Source: an uncultured Lachnospiraceae bacterium (GTDB lineage Bacteria; Bacillota; Clostridia; Lachnospirales; Lachnospiraceae). From it: a stretch of 64,000 nt of DNA. How positions within the stretch are numbered: the first letter of the stretch is position 1; every line of letters begins with the position of its first letter. The position numbers and the translations under genes are program-made. Shown here piece after piece: positions 51,167 to 61,645 of this stretch. The stretch lies in contig CANRFJ010000012.1 of NCBI GenBank assembly GCA_947629865.1, positions 8,520 to 72,519 of the forward strand, read 5' to 3'. Under the pieces are notes generated by a model. The model ran no database searches and was not told the origin of the DNA. It saw only the letters and a program-made list of their open reading frames with translations.

Positions 51167-52303
51167 GTGGAAAACAGAACTGACAGAACCAGACAGAGCG
51201 TACAGAGTACTTTCGACTACAGTTTGCTGCTGATTACCCTGTGCATGGTGGGGTTTGGAATGTTGATGATATACAGCGCCAGTTCCTATACCTCCCAGGT
51301 GCGGTACGGGGATTCTGCTTTCTTTTTGAAAAAGCAGGCAATCGGCGTGGCGGCCGGCGTGGCGGCCATGTTTATCGTCAGCCGCTTTCACTACAAACTG
51401 TATTTGAAACAACTGCCGTTGCTGCGCGTGCGCATGATTACGGCTCTGTATTTTCTGGCGGTTATCCTCCAGACGCTGGTGCTTTTTATTGGAGACGAAA
51501 AAAACGGCGCCAAGCGCTGGCTCACCGTCGGGCCGCTGTCGGTGCAGCCGTCGGAGCTGACTAAGATTGTGGTGATTTTGGTGGCGGCTTATTTTATCCA
51601 GAAGCGGCCGGGGGATATGAGTAAAATAGCGGGGATCGCCAGGGTTTTTATCCCCGTGGGGCTCTTGATTGTGCTGGTGGCGCTTGAGAATCTGAGCACT
51701 GCCATCGTCGTATTTATGATTACCTTCGGCATGTGTTTTGTGTCGGCGAAGAAAAAACGGCTCTATGTTCTGCTCGCCGCGATAGGCGTGGCTCTGGTGG
51801 GACTGTATATTCTCTTTGGCGACGCCTTCCGATCCGACCGCATTAACATCTGGCTGAATGTGGAGACCAATCCAAAGGGCTATCAGGTATTGCAGGGCCT
51901 GTATGCCATTGCTTCCGGCGGGCTTTTTGGAAGCGGGCTGGGGGAGAGTATGCAGAAACTCGGATTTATTCCGGAATCCCACAACGATATGATTTTTTCC
52001 ATTATCTGCGAGGAACTGGGTATGGTGGGAGCCGGCATTGTCATTCTTATGTTTATACTCCTTCTGTGGCGGGTGCTGAACACGGCCATGAACGCTCCGG
52101 ATCTGTTCTCCTCGCTGATCTGCACGGGAGTGCTGATTCACATCGCCTCCCAGGTGGTCATCAATATTGCGGTGGTGACAAATTCCATGCCCTCCACGGG
52201 AATTCCCCTTCCCTTCATCAGTTACGGGGGAACCTCGATCATGATTCTGATGGCGGAAATGGGACTTGTGTTGGGTATTTCGTCAAAATGTAAAAGCACC
52301 TGA
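51167..52303 (+). CDS. ftsW: SEDS protein FtsW/SpoVE
   Basis: [33 protein letters not shown]. Confidence 0.9.
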   Translation: MENRTDRTRQSVQSTFDYSLLLITLCMVGFGMLMIYSASSYTSQVRYGDSAFFLKKQAIGVAAGVAAMFIVSRFHYKLYLKQLPLLRVRMITALYFLAVILQTLVLFIGDEKNGAKRWLTVGPLSVQPSELTKIVVILVAAYFIQKRPGDMSKIAGIARVFIPVGLLIVLVALENLSTAIVVFMITFGMCFVSAKKKRLYVLLAAIGVALVGLYILFGDAFRSDRINIWLNVETNPKGYQVLQGLYAIASGGLFGSGLGESMQKLGFIPESHNDMIFSIICEELGMVGAGIVILMFILLLWRVLNTAMNAPDLFSSLICTGVLIHIASQVVINIAVVTNSMPSTGIPLPFISYGGTSIMILMAEMGLVLGISSKCKST

Positions 52304-52354
52304 CAGAAATTTCTACATACACTGTACTTGAGAACACAGTCATGTGGTGAGTCA

Positions 52355-53623
52355 ATGTCGATAGAAGTAGACGGCGGCAGAAAAGTACAGGGGACACTAA
52401 GGATTCAGGGCTCGAAAAACGCGGTGTTGCCCATGATAGCGGCATCGGTGCTGTGCGACGGGGTGACAGTGATTGAAAACTGTCCGGATATCACGGACGT
52501 ATATGCCATGCTCGATGTGATTCGGGAGATTGGCGGGCGGGCGGTCTATGAAAAACACCGCCTTGAGGTGGACGCCGGCTCGGTGGAGACAGGCGTGATC
52601 GAGGAACAGAAGGTGCGGGAGATACGGGCCTCCGTTCTGCTGCTGGGCAGTCTGCTGGCCCGGTTCGAGCGAGTGGCCATTGATTATCCCGGCGGATGTT
52701 CCATTGGCAGCCGCCCCATTGACTTCCATATTCGGGCTTTTGAAAAAATGGGAGCGAAGATTCGCTCAGAGGACAATATTCTCCGCTGCGACACTGGCGG
52801 CAGTCTCCACGGCGCCGAGATTGAACTCCCCTTTCCCAGTGTAGGAGCCACTGAAAATATTATTCTGGCAGCGGCGCTGGCGGAGGGGGATACCCAAATC
52901 CGCAATGCGGCCAGGGAACCGGAGATCGTAGAATTGTGCCGCTTCCTCACGGCGATGGGCGCAAAGATTGAAGGGGCCGGAAGCCGGAATATAGGAATCC
53001 GCGGCGTCTCCGCCCTCCACGGCGTTCACTGGAGACTGGGGACAGACCGGATCTCATTTTTGACCTGCGCCATGATGGTGGCCGGCTGCGGGGGAGAGGC
53101 GTTTCTGGAGGCAGAGGGTGAGATACCATATATGGAAAAAAAGATTCTCACCCGTCTGGGCTGCCGGATTGGATTGGAGAGAGATGGAGCGCTTATAAAG
53201 CAGGAGGGAATCCCGCGCCCTCTTTCCTATGTGCGCACCGCCCCCTATCCGGGTTTTCCCACAGACGGGCAGTCTCTGCTCATGGCAGTGCTCTGTAAGA
53301 GCAGCGGCGTCAGTCTGATTGAGGAGAGGATTTTTGAGAACCGCTTTCAGATGATAAAACAGCTGCGTAGAATGGGAGCGAACATTGACTATGTGAGCAA
53401 CCGCGCCAGCATAACCGGCGTCACCCGACTGCACGGGGCCAGGGTAGTGGCTGATGATCTGCGGAGCGGGGCGGGGCTGCTGATTGCGGCGGCCATGGCC
53501 GATGGTCGGACGGAGCTGAGCGGGGAGCACTATATATACCGGGGATATGAGGACATTACCGGCCAGATGAGGGCGCTGGGACTGAGAGCCCGGCTGAGCG
53601 GAGACGCCGGAGAAAATAAGTGA
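52355..53623 (+). CDS. murA: UDP-GlcNAc 1-carboxyvinyltransferase
   Basis: GSKNAVLP, PGGCSIGSRP (catalytic Cys), SVGATEN, PGFPTD, DLRSGA. Confidence 0.92.
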   Translation: MSIEVDGGRKVQGTLRIQGSKNAVLPMIAASVLCDGVTVIENCPDITDVYAMLDVIREIGGRAVYEKHRLEVDAGSVETGVIEEQKVREIRASVLLLGSLLARFERVAIDYPGGCSIGSRPIDFHIRAFEKMGAKIRSEDNILRCDTGGSLHGAEIELPFPSVGATENIILAAALAEGDTQIRNAAREPEIVELCRFLTAMGAKIEGAGSRNIGIRGVSALHGVHWRLGTDRISFLTCAMMVAGCGGEAFLEAEGEIPYMEKKILTRLGCRIGLERDGALIKQEGIPRPLSYVRTAPYPGFPTDGQSLLMAVLCKSSGVSLIEERIFENRFQMIKQLRRMGANIDYVSNRASITGVTRLHGARVVADDLRSGAGLLIAAAMADGRTELSGEHYIYRGYEDITGQMRALGLRARLSGDAGENK

Positions 53624-53653
53624 CGGAGTCACAGACAGAAGGGAAGAAATCCG

Positions 53654-54406
53654 ATGGGTGAAATGGTAAAAAAATATAAAAAATGGTGGATTTTACTGGC
53701 GGCAGTGCTGGTTATCCTTTTCTGTATTTTTTTCTTCCGGGTAAAGAAAGTCACGGTAGAGGGAAATACCTTTTACAGCCAGGAGCAGATGGCGGAGATG
53801 TTCCAGCAGAGCCTGCCGGAGAGAAATGTTCTCACTTTCTGGCTGATGGACAGGCTCTCCCTGACGCCGGAGCTGGATTTTGTGCGGGAATACGAGGTAA
53901 GCTACCCTTCCCTCAACGAGATTCATATCCGGCTCTACGAGAAGACGATTGTGGCAGGAATCGCCTATACGAACCAGTATATTTACTTTGACAAGGACGG
54001 CATGGTGCTCCAGAGTACGGACAAGCCGTTGAAGGATATTCCCCTGTTTGAGACGAAAAACCTGGTCACATTTACCCTTTACAGCAAAATCCAGATGGAG
54101 AATGAGAATCTTCTCGCCCAGATTATGAATCTTGCCAACCTGTTCCAGCACTATCATATCTCCTGGGACAGGGTGGAATTCAGCGACAGCGACGAGGCCT
54201 CCCTCTATATCGGGGATATCCAGGTGAGGCTCGGAAAGAAGGAAAACTATGACGAGCAGATTTCCGCGCTCTCCAGTATCCTTGAGACGGCGAAACGGGA
54301 AAAAATAGGGCCGGGGGAGATCGATATGACAAACTACACAGTAAAGGGAACCGTCATTTTTAACAAGCGCGGAGAACAGCATAATACCGGACAAAAAGAA
54401 AAATAG
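53654..54406 (+). CDS. ftsQ: FtsQ/DivIB-like cell division protein
   Basis: TM followed by POTRA-like FRVKKVTVEGN; YFDKDG; located before ftsZ. Confidence 0.8.
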   Translation: MGEMVKKYKKWWILLAAVLVILFCIFFFRVKKVTVEGNTFYSQEQMAEMFQQSLPERNVLTFWLMDRLSLTPELDFVREYEVSYPSLNEIHIRLYEKTIVAGIAYTNQYIYFDKDGMVLQSTDKPLKDIPLFETKNLVTFTLYSKIQMENENLLAQIMNLANLFQHYHISWDRVEFSDSDEASLYIGDIQVRLGKKENYDEQISALSSILETAKREKIGPGEIDMTNYTVKGTVIFNKRGEQHNTGQKEK

Positions 54407-54513
54407 TTGTATAAATTGCAAAATTCTACTTGATTATTTATGGAAAAAAAAGTATTATATATTATATGTGAATGTGTATAATGTTTTCTGTTAACATAGA
54501 AGGAGGAACTGTA

Positions 54514-55761
54514 GTGTTAGAGATTATGACCAGTGAGGCAGAGAATGCGGCTGCAAATTTACTTGTAATCGGAGTGGGTGGAGCCGGAAACAATGCCGTG
54601 AACCGAATGATAGATGAGGGGATTAAGGGCGTTGAATTTATCTGTATAAACACGGATAAGCAGGTTCTGCAGCGCTGTAAGGCACCGGTCTGTATGCAGA
54701 TTGGCGAGAAGCTCACCAAAGGTCTGGGAGCCGGTGCAAAGCCTGAGATTGGCGAAAAAGCGGCGGAGGAGAGCAAGGAAGAATTAGCGGAAGCCGTGAA
54801 AGATGCCGATATGGTGTTTGTGACATGCGGCATGGGCGGCGGTACCGGTACCGGAGCGGCGCCGGTAGTTGCCAAGATCGCCAAGGACATGGGTAAACTG
54901 ACGGTTGGGATTGTGACGAAGCCCTTCAGCTTTGAGGGGAAGAATCGAATGAACAATGCCATTGGAGGCATAGAGAAACTGCGGGAATGTGTCGATACGC
55001 TGATTGTGATTCCCAACGACAAGCTGTTAGCTATCTGTGACAGAAGGACTACCATGCCGGAGGCGCTGCGGAAGGCGGACGAAGTACTGCAGCAGGGCGT
55101 CCAGGGAATCACGGATCTGATCAATACGCCGGCCCTGATCAATCTGGACTTTGCCGATGTTGTCACTGTTATGAAGGATAAGGGCATCGCCCATATAGGT
55201 ATCGGCGTGGGCAAGGGCGACGACAAGTGCGTAGAGGCGGTAAAGCAGGCGATTACCAGCCCGCTGCTTGAGACGACCATTGACGGAGCCACCCATGTGA
55301 TTATCAATGTATCCGGCGAGGTGAGCCTGATCGAAGCCAACGAGGCCGCGTCCTATGTGCAGGAACTGGCGGGCGAGGAGGCCACGATTATCTTTGGAGC
55401 CATGTATGACGAGACAAGTTCTGATTCCGTTACCATTACGGTGATTGCCACGGGGCTTGAGGACAGAGCGCCCTCGGCTTCCCTCGGTGGATTCAACGCA
55501 AAGTTTGGAACCGGAACGCCGAGTTTTCTGAACAATAAATCGGCGGCACCGCAGAAAAGCGGGCTGAGCTTCTTAGATGGATTTAACGGCCAGACGAGGA
55601 GTCCGGTGTCCAGCGTACAGGCAGCAAAGCCGGCGGGCGTTTCACCGTCTCCGGAGGAAGATATGCCGGTTATTACCCACCGGGGCGTTAAGAGTGAGAA
55701 GCAGGGAATGGAAGGGATAAAGATACCGACTTTCATTCAGAATAAGAAACAGGAGGGTTAA
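54514..55761 (+). CDS. ftsZ: Cell division protein FtsZ
   Basis: GTG start after [34 protein letters not shown]. Confidence 0.98.
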   Translation: MLEIMTSEAENAAANLLVIGVGGAGNNAVNRMIDEGIKGVEFICINTDKQVLQRCKAPVCMQIGEKLTKGLGAGAKPEIGEKAAEESKEELAEAVKDADMVFVTCGMGGGTGTGAAPVVAKIAKDMGKLTVGIVTKPFSFEGKNRMNNAIGGIEKLRECVDTLIVIPNDKLLAICDRRTTMPEALRKADEVLQQGVQGITDLINTPALINLDFADVVTVMKDKGIAHIGIGVGKGDDKCVEAVKQAITSPLLETTIDGATHVIINVSGEVSLIEANEAASYVQELAGEEATIIFGAMYDETSSDSVTITVIATGLEDRAPSASLGGFNAKFGTGTPSFLNNKSAAPQKSGLSFLDGFNGQTRSPVSSVQAAKPAGVSPSPEEDMPVITHRGVKSEKQGMEGIKIPTFIQNKKQEG

Positions 55762-55767
55762 GAGAAA

Positions 55768-56016
55768 ATGACAACTACCGTTATCAAAACTATTGTTACA
55801 GTTTTATATATTGTTATATGTGTCGCACTTGTGATTGTGGTACTTATGCAGGAAGGAAAGACTTCGGGACTGGGCGCCGTGAGCGGTGCGGCAGATTCCT
55901 ACTGGACAAGGAACAAGGGGCGTTCCTCAGAGGGAGTACTGATTAAACTTACCAGGATACTTGCAATTTTATTCGTTCTTCTCTCACTGCTTCTTTGTAC
56001 GGACTGGCTGGGATGA
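55768..56016 (+). CDS. secG: Preprotein translocase SecG
   Basis: Two TM helices; VLMQEGK..GLGAVSG; NKGRS.EG. Confidence 0.92.
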   Translation: MTTTVIKTIVTVLYIVICVALVIVVLMQEGKTSGLGAVSGAADSYWTRNKGRSSEGVLIKLTRILAILFVLLSLLLCTDWLG

Positions 56017-56043
56017 TGAAAAACAGGAAACCGATTTTGACAG

Positions 56044-56073
56044 GCACTCCTTCCACTCAGAAGGAGTGCTTTT
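56044..56073 (+). terminator. Terminator between secG and rnr
   Basis: GCACTCCTTC-cactca-GAAGGAGTGC plus TTTT. Confidence 0.75.
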
Positions 56074-56089
56074 GTAGTGGAGGAATCCG

Positions 56090-58234
56090 ATGCAGGAAGA
56101 ATTGAGACGACAGAGGATTGGGCGTATTCTGGAATTTATGGAGGATGAGAGTTACCGTCCCATGAAGAAAAACGAGATGGCGTCGCTCCTGGGCGTACCC
56201 AGGCGGGATTCCAAGGAATTTAATGTCATTATAGAAAAACTGCTCTCCGCCAGGAAAATCCAGATGGATGAGGGAAAGAGGCTGTGCCTGGAAAAACATC
56301 TGGTGCTCACAGGGGAATTTATGGCTACCAGACGGGGATTCGGCTTTGTGCGCACGGACGACGGGGAGGACGACATATTCATTCCGGAGGAGGAGTGTAA
56401 GAACGCCTTTCACGGGGACATTGTGGAGGTTCGCGTCAAAAACTGCGCCAGTGGCGGCAGATGGCTCCGAAAGGGAGGCATCATCCGTATCGTGGAGAGA
56501 AGGACGCGGACGTTAGTGGGGACTTTCAGTCGGAACCGCAACATCACCTTTGTGATTCCGGACAATGAAAAAATCGGCAGGGATATCTATATCCCGAAGG
56601 GAGGCACGCTGGACGCCGTGGACGGCCACAAGGTCGTTGTGGAGCTCACCGGTTACGGTGATGAAAAGAGAAGTCCGGAGGGACGGGTGATACAGATTCT
56701 GGGACATCTCTATGAGCCGGGCGTGGACGTGCTCTCCATCATCAAGGGCTACGGACTGCCGGAGGAATTTCCGGAGGAGGTGGCAGAGCAGACCAACGCC
56801 ATTTCCGGAGAACTCACTCCCGTGGACTATGAGGGCCGTCTGGACATACGGAATCTGGATACCGTCACGATTGACGGGGAGGACGCAAAGGATCTGGACG
56901 ACGCCATTACCATACGGAAGACAGAGGAGGGCAGATACGAACTGGGGGTTCACATCGCAGATGTGTCGCACTATGTCACGGAGCGATCGCCGTTGGACAG
57001 GGAGGCGCTGGAGAGGGGAACCAGTGTGTATCTGGCGGATCGGGTGATTCCCATGCTTCCGCGGAAGCTCTCCAACGGTATCTGCTCCCTGAACGCGGGT
57101 GAGGACAGGCTGGCGCTCAGTTGTATTATGACCTTTGATGAAAAGGGGCGGCTGTCCGGTCACAGGATTGCCGAGACAGTTATCTGCGTGACAGAGAGAA
57201 TGAGTTATACAGATGTGAACGATATTCTCACCCGACACAGCCCGGAGACCTGCAGCCGATACCGGGCGCTGGTTCCCATGTTTGAGACCATGGAGGAGCT
57301 GGCGAAGAAACTGCGCGCAAACCGGAAAAAGCAGGGTTCCATTGATTTTGACTTCGCGGAGTGCAAAATAAAGCTGGACGAAAAGGGACACCCGACGGAT
57401 ATTGTGCCCTGTGAGAGAAATACCGCCACCCGGATAATTGAGGAGTTTATGCTGGCAGCCAACAAAGCGGTGGCGGAGGAGTATTTCTGGCTGGAGGTTC
57501 CCTTCCTTTACCGCACCCACGAGTATCCGGATCTTGAAAAAATACAGGAACTTGCGAGGACGACGGCCACCTTCGGCTATCATCTGAAGGTGGGGACAGA
57601 GGAGATTCATCCGGGAGAGATTCAGAAACTGATTGAGAAGATTGAGGGGACAGAGGAGGAGGATTTTCTGAGCCGCCTGACACTCCGCTCCATGAAGCGG
57701 GCAAAGTATTCCGTGAAAAACGAGGGGCATTTTGGACTGGCAGCCCCGTATTACTGCCATTTTACTTCGCCGATCCGACGTTATCCGGATCTGCAGATAC
57801 ACCGGATCATCAAGGAAAACCTTCACCGTGGTATTCACGGAGGACGCTATGAGCACTATGAGGCCCTTCTTCCCGGAGTGGCGCAGCTCTCCAGCGAGAG
57901 GGAGCGGCGAGCCGACGATGCGGAGCGGGAGGTGGACAGGCTGAAAAAGGCCGAGTATATGGCGGATCGCATAGGGGAATCGTTTGAGGGAGTCATAAGT
58001 GGAGTGACGTCCTGGGGCATCTATGTGGAACTGCCCAACACCGTTGAGGGCATGGTGCGCCTCTCAGATATGATTGACGACCGCTATGATTTTCAGGAGG
58101 AAAAGTGTCGGGTAATCGGGCACTATACCGGACGGACATACCGCATGGGACAGAAGGTATCGGTTCGGACGGCGGGGGTAGACATAAGAACCCGTACCAT
58201 TGATTTTCAGATGGACACGGATAACAGGGAGTGA
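56090..58234 (+). CDS. rnr: Ribonuclease R
   Basis: GFGFV, TIDGEDAKDLDDA, HFTSPIRRYPDL, C-terminal S1 domain. Confidence 0.96.
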   Translation: MQEELRRQRIGRILEFMEDESYRPMKKNEMASLLGVPRRDSKEFNVIIEKLLSARKIQMDEGKRLCLEKHLVLTGEFMATRRGFGFVRTDDGEDDIFIPEEECKNAFHGDIVEVRVKNCASGGRWLRKGGIIRIVERRTRTLVGTFSRNRNITFVIPDNEKIGRDIYIPKGGTLDAVDGHKVVVELTGYGDEKRSPEGRVIQILGHLYEPGVDVLSIIKGYGLPEEFPEEVAEQTNAISGELTPVDYEGRLDIRNLDTVTIDGEDAKDLDDAITIRKTEEGRYELGVHIADVSHYVTERSPLDREALERGTSVYLADRVIPMLPRKLSNGICSLNAGEDRLALSCIMTFDEKGRLSGHRIAETVICVTERMSYTDVNDILTRHSPETCSRYRALVPMFETMEELAKKLRANRKKQGSIDFDFAECKIKLDEKGHPTDIVPCERNTATRIIEEFMLAANKAVAEEYFWLEVPFLYRTHEYPDLEKIQELARTTATFGYHLKVGTEEIHPGEIQKLIEKIEGTEEEDFLSRLTLRSMKRAKYSVKNEGHFGLAAPYYCHFTSPIRRYPDLQIHRIIKENLHRGIHGGRYEHYEALLPGVAQLSSERERRADDAEREVDRLKKAEYMADRIGESFEGVISGVTSWGIYVELPNTVEGMVRLSDMIDDRYDFQEEKCRVIGHYTGRTYRMGQKVSVRTAGVDIRTRTIDFQMDTDNRE

Positions 58235-58268
58235 CAACGGTTAGGTATTTGGAAAGGATTGTAACAGA

Positions 58269-58736
58269 ATGAGCAGCGAGACAAGGAAACTGATTGCCAA
58301 TAATAAAAAGGCATGGCACGATTACTTTTTCGAGGAGAAATTTGAGGCCGGTATTGAGCTTGTGGGGACGGAGGTAAAATCGATCCGACAGGGACACTGC
58401 AGTATCAAAGAGGCCTTTATCCGCATTGATAAAAACGGGGAAGTGCAGATATACGGAATGCACATCAGTCCCTATGAGAAGGGAAATATTTTTAACAGAG
58501 ATCCGCTTCGGGTGCGCAAGCTTCTGCTGCACCGCCACGAGATCCGCCGCCTGATCGGCAAGATTGAGCAGAAGGGCTATACGTTAGTACCCCTGCAGGT
58601 ATATTTTAAGGGAAGCCGGATCAAAGTGGAGATTGCCCTGGCAAAGGGAAAGAAACTCTACGACAAGCGGCAGGATATAGCAAAGAGGGATCAGAGACGG
58701 GCGGCAGAGAGAGAATTCAAGGTGAAAAATTTGTAG
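58269..58736 (+). CDS. smpB: SsrA-binding protein
   Basis: [35 protein letters not shown]. Confidence 0.98.
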   Translation: MSSETRKLIANNKKAWHDYFFEEKFEAGIELVGTEVKSIRQGHCSIKEAFIRIDKNGEVQIYGMHISPYEKGNIFNRDPLRVRKLLLHRHEIRRLIGKIEQKGYTLVPLQVYFKGSRIKVEIALAKGKKLYDKRQDIAKRDQRRAAEREFKVKNL

Positions 58737-58811
58737 GTTTGAACCCTAGAAATTCGGTTTTTAACTAATGGAGATTTGTAGGTTTTAACCTCAGAGGATC
58801 TGCGTAGGGAC

Positions 58812-58840
58812 TTGACAGAGTAAATCGGGTTTGGTATGAT
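58812..58840 (+). promoter_or_regulatory. Sigma-A promoter of ssrA
   Basis: TTGACA-17 bp-TATGAT with extended TG. Confidence 0.85.
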
Positions 58841-58870
58841 AAAAGTGACTCAGATACAGTCGTATAACAC

Positions 58871-59217
58871 GGGCTTGTACTGGTTTCGACAGGCCGGTTG
58901 AAGACGGTGAAGCTATCCATGGACTGTGACCATGTAAAAACACAGATTTTAAATTAAACGCTGATAATAATAAATTAGCTTACGCTGCCTAATTATGGCG
59001 GCTGCTGAAGCCGGAAGGCCTGCGGTCCGGATTCAGTATCATCCTTTGCAGGGAACCTTGGCCGTTAAGCTTTGCGCGGTTAAGAGAACGTATGAAGCTA
59101 CTGAGTCCAGAGGGTGTCCGTTCTCTCCTGGATAAAGGAATATCCAATAATGGACTATGATAGTAGAAGAACGTGGGATTCCGGTTTGGACGCGGGTTCG
59201 ATTCCCGCCAGGTCCAC
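58871..59217 (+). ncRNA. ssrA: tmRNA; tag peptide (A)ADNNKLAYAA encoded at 58960-58992
   Basis: 5' GGGCTTGTACTGGTTTCGAC pairs with 3' CAGGTCC-A (G3.U pair); T arm GCGGGTTCGATTCCCGC; tag ORF ends YAA-TAA; follows smpB. Confidence 0.96.
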
Positions 59218-59248
59218 TTGACCGCATCAAGACGAACACTGTAAGCAT

Positions 59249-59273
59249 AAGGGCAGTTTGCGCTGCCCTTTTT
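59249..59273 (+). terminator. Terminator after ssrA
   Basis: AAGGGCAG-tttgcg-CTGCCCTT plus TTT. Confidence 0.8.
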
Positions 59274-59299
59274 GTGTGAAAAGGGAGGTGTCATCGGAT

Positions 59300-60058
59300 A
59301 TGTCAGAACGCACACTGGTTCCGGTACTGTTAGATGAACAGGAACATGGTATAAAGGGCGGGATTTACGGCAGGCTGCAGGTTGACTTTGCCTACAATTC
59401 CAATCATATAGAAGGAAGCCAATTATCCCATGAGCAGACACGGTATATCTATGAAACGAAATCCATTGGCATGGAACCGGCAAAAATAGATGATATTTTT
59501 GAAACCGTAAATCATTTCCGATGCTTTGATATTATTTTGAAACATATGGACGAGCCGCTTACGGAAGACTTTATAAAGGCGCTTCACACGACGTTGAAGG
59601 CAAATACATTCAGTTCCCGGTCATCAGAAGCGGTTATTGGAGATTATAAAAAATTTCCCAACACAGTAAACGACATGGAAACCGCTTCTCCGGAGCAGGT
59701 GTCTGCTGAAATGAAAAATCTTTTGAAGGAGTATAACGGGAAAGCCAGTCACTCATTCGATGAGATTCTGGATTTTCATGCAGCATACGAAAAAATCCAT
59801 CCATTCTACGACGGAAATGGACGGACAGGAAGGCTGATTATGTTCAAAGAGTGCCTCCGTAATGATATTGTTCCATTTATTATCACAGATCAGTACAAGG
59901 GCTATTATTACAGGGGACTGAAGGAATGGCAGACCGGTGGAGAGCGTGGATATTTAAGGGACACCTGTCTGCTTATGCAGGATAATATGAAAAGCATACT
60001 GGACTATTATAAAATTGAATACAGCAAAGAAAGCCCGACGTCTCAGGAGGCAGAATAG
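59300..60058 (+). CDS. Fic-domain protein with N-terminal inhibitory motif
   Basis: Canonical HPFYDGNGRTGR; SNHIEG matches (S/T)xxxE(G/N); RBS GGAGGTG. Confidence 0.93.
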   Translation: MSERTLVPVLLDEQEHGIKGGIYGRLQVDFAYNSNHIEGSQLSHEQTRYIYETKSIGMEPAKIDDIFETVNHFRCFDIILKHMDEPLTEDFIKALHTTLKANTFSSRSSEAVIGDYKKFPNTVNDMETASPEQVSAEMKNLLKEYNGKASHSFDEILDFHAAYEKIHPFYDGNGRTGRLIMFKECLRNDIVPFIITDQYKGYYYRGLKEWQTGGERGYLRDTCLLMQDNMKSILDYYKIEYSKESPTSQEAE

Positions 60059-60086
60059 GCAGGAGAAACAGGGATTGTCAGATCAG

Positions 60087-60118
60087 AACGCATAGAAGAA
60101 ATTCTGTGCGTTTTTTTT
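60087..60118 (+). terminator. Terminator after the Fic gene
   Basis: AACGCATAGAA-gaaa-TTCTGTGCGTT plus a long T tract. Confidence 0.85.
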
Positions 60119-60155
60119 GTGTGTATGAACTCATGTTTTTTTGAGTGTGTGAATT

Positions 60156-60190
60156 AATATATTGACTATAGTCAATATATTGAGTATAAT
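60156..60190 (+). promoter_or_regulatory. Sigma-A promoter overlapped by a perfect 26-bp palindromic operator
   Basis: AATATATTGACTA|TAGTCAATATATT (60156-60181); TTGACT-17 bp-TATAAT. Confidence 0.85.
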
Positions 60191-60224
60191 GTAAAAGTCA
60201 GTTTAAGGAGAGGAGAAAAAAAAG

Positions 60225-61628
60225 ATGCTATTTCCCAGTGAAATATTTCTGTTTATATTTTTGCCGCTTGTGACAATTTTATATTATGGAATATTTGTGC
60301 GGTGGAGAACAGCCAAAAATATATTTCTGCTTTTTGCCAGCCTTCTTTTTTACGCATATGGAGGGAGAATCTATATATTTTTGATGCTGGCGGTCATTCT
60401 GATTCATTATGTCTTGGGCATTTTGGTGGATTTATTTCGTGAGAGCAGGATTAAATCACGTTTCGTCCTGTTTCTTATGGTTGCAGTAGATGTTGGTATT
60501 CTGGGCTATTTTAAATATTCGGGCTTTCTCATTGAGAATATCAATCATTTGCTGGGAACAGATATTCCGGATGTAAAAGCAGCCCTGCCGATTGGCATTT
60601 CCTTTTTTACCTTTCAGGCAATCTCCTATGTGGTAGATGTCTACAGGGAACGAGGGGAGGTTCAGAAAAACTTTCTGAATGTGGGGCTGTATATTACATT
60701 GTTTCCGCAGTTAATTGCCGGCCCCATTGTCCGGTATGAGACAGTGGCAAAGCAGATAAGGGACAGAAAAGAGACATGGAAGGGCTTTTCAGAAGGTGTA
60801 ACGAGATTTATTATCGGACTTGGTAAAAAGGTGCTCTTGGCAAACCAGTTTGCGATTGTGGCAGACGCCGCTTTTGCAGAAAACGGTACAGGAAATTCCA
60901 TTGCCTTTTTATGGCTGGGAGCATTTTCCTATACGTTGCAGATATTTTTTGACTTTGCCGGGTATTCGGATATGGCAATCGGACTTGGTAAGATGTTTGG
61001 ATTTGAGTTTGAGGAGAATTTTAAATATCCTTACATTTCATCCAGTATTTCGGAATTTTGGAGACGATGGCATATTTCATTGCAGACATGGTTCCGCGAT
61101 TATATTTACATACCACTGGGCGGAAGCCGTGTAGAAAGCAGAGGACGTCTGGTCTTTAATCTGTTTGTTGTCTGGCTTCTTACCGGAATCTGGCATGGAG
61201 CAAACTGGACTTTTGTGGTTTGGGGATTGATGTATTTTATCCTGTTGACATTGGAAAAGCTGACGGGTATTCATAAAAAAATGGGCAGCCTGGGACATAT
61301 ATACACATTGTTTTTTGTGGTAATTGGCTGGGTGATTTTCCGATCTGACAGTATGAGAGGGGCAATCAGCTATATAAAGGCAATGTTTGGAGTCGGAAAT
61401 AACGGGCTTTGGGATGCGGGAACCGTCCAGTACATAAAGCAGTATGGTATTTACTATATCGCTGGGATCATCGGCTGTTTTCCGCTCATCAAAAATCTCA
61501 ATCACCGTTTTGACAAGACAGTAGTATGGGGCAGCATCTATACGGTATCTGCCGTCGGAATTTTTTTGTTCTCCATCCTGTTTATTTTTAGTAATGCATA
61601 TAATCCGTTTATTTATTTTAACTTTTAA
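60225..61628 (+). CDS. MBOAT O-acyltransferase (AlgI/PatA-like)
   Basis: LPIGISFFTFQAISY, FPQLIAGPI, DFAGYSDMAIG, FWRRWHISL, GIWHGANWTF (catalytic His). Confidence 0.94.
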   Translation: MLFPSEIFLFIFLPLVTILYYGIFVRWRTAKNIFLLFASLLFYAYGGRIYIFLMLAVILIHYVLGILVDLFRESRIKSRFVLFLMVAVDVGILGYFKYSGFLIENINHLLGTDIPDVKAALPIGISFFTFQAISYVVDVYRERGEVQKNFLNVGLYITLFPQLIAGPIVRYETVAKQIRDRKETWKGFSEGVTRFIIGLGKKVLLANQFAIVADAAFAENGTGNSIAFLWLGAFSYTLQIFFDFAGYSDMAIGLGKMFGFEFEENFKYPYISSSISEFWRRWHISLQTWFRDYIYIPLGGSRVESRGRLVFNLFVVWLLTGIWHGANWTFVVWGLMYFILLTLEKLTGIHKKMGSLGHIYTLFFVVIGWVIFRSDSMRGAISYIKAMFGVGNNGLWDAGTVQYIKQYGIYYIAGIIGCFPLIKNLNHRFDKTVVWGSIYTVSAVGIFLFSILFIFSNAYNPFIYFNF

Positions 61629-61645
61629 GAGAGATGAGGATTGCC

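Noticed and set aside
58729-58790. 17-bp imperfect direct repeat ATTTGTAGGTTTnAACC after smpB
   Set aside because: Probably a local duplication of the smpB stop region; no evidence of function.
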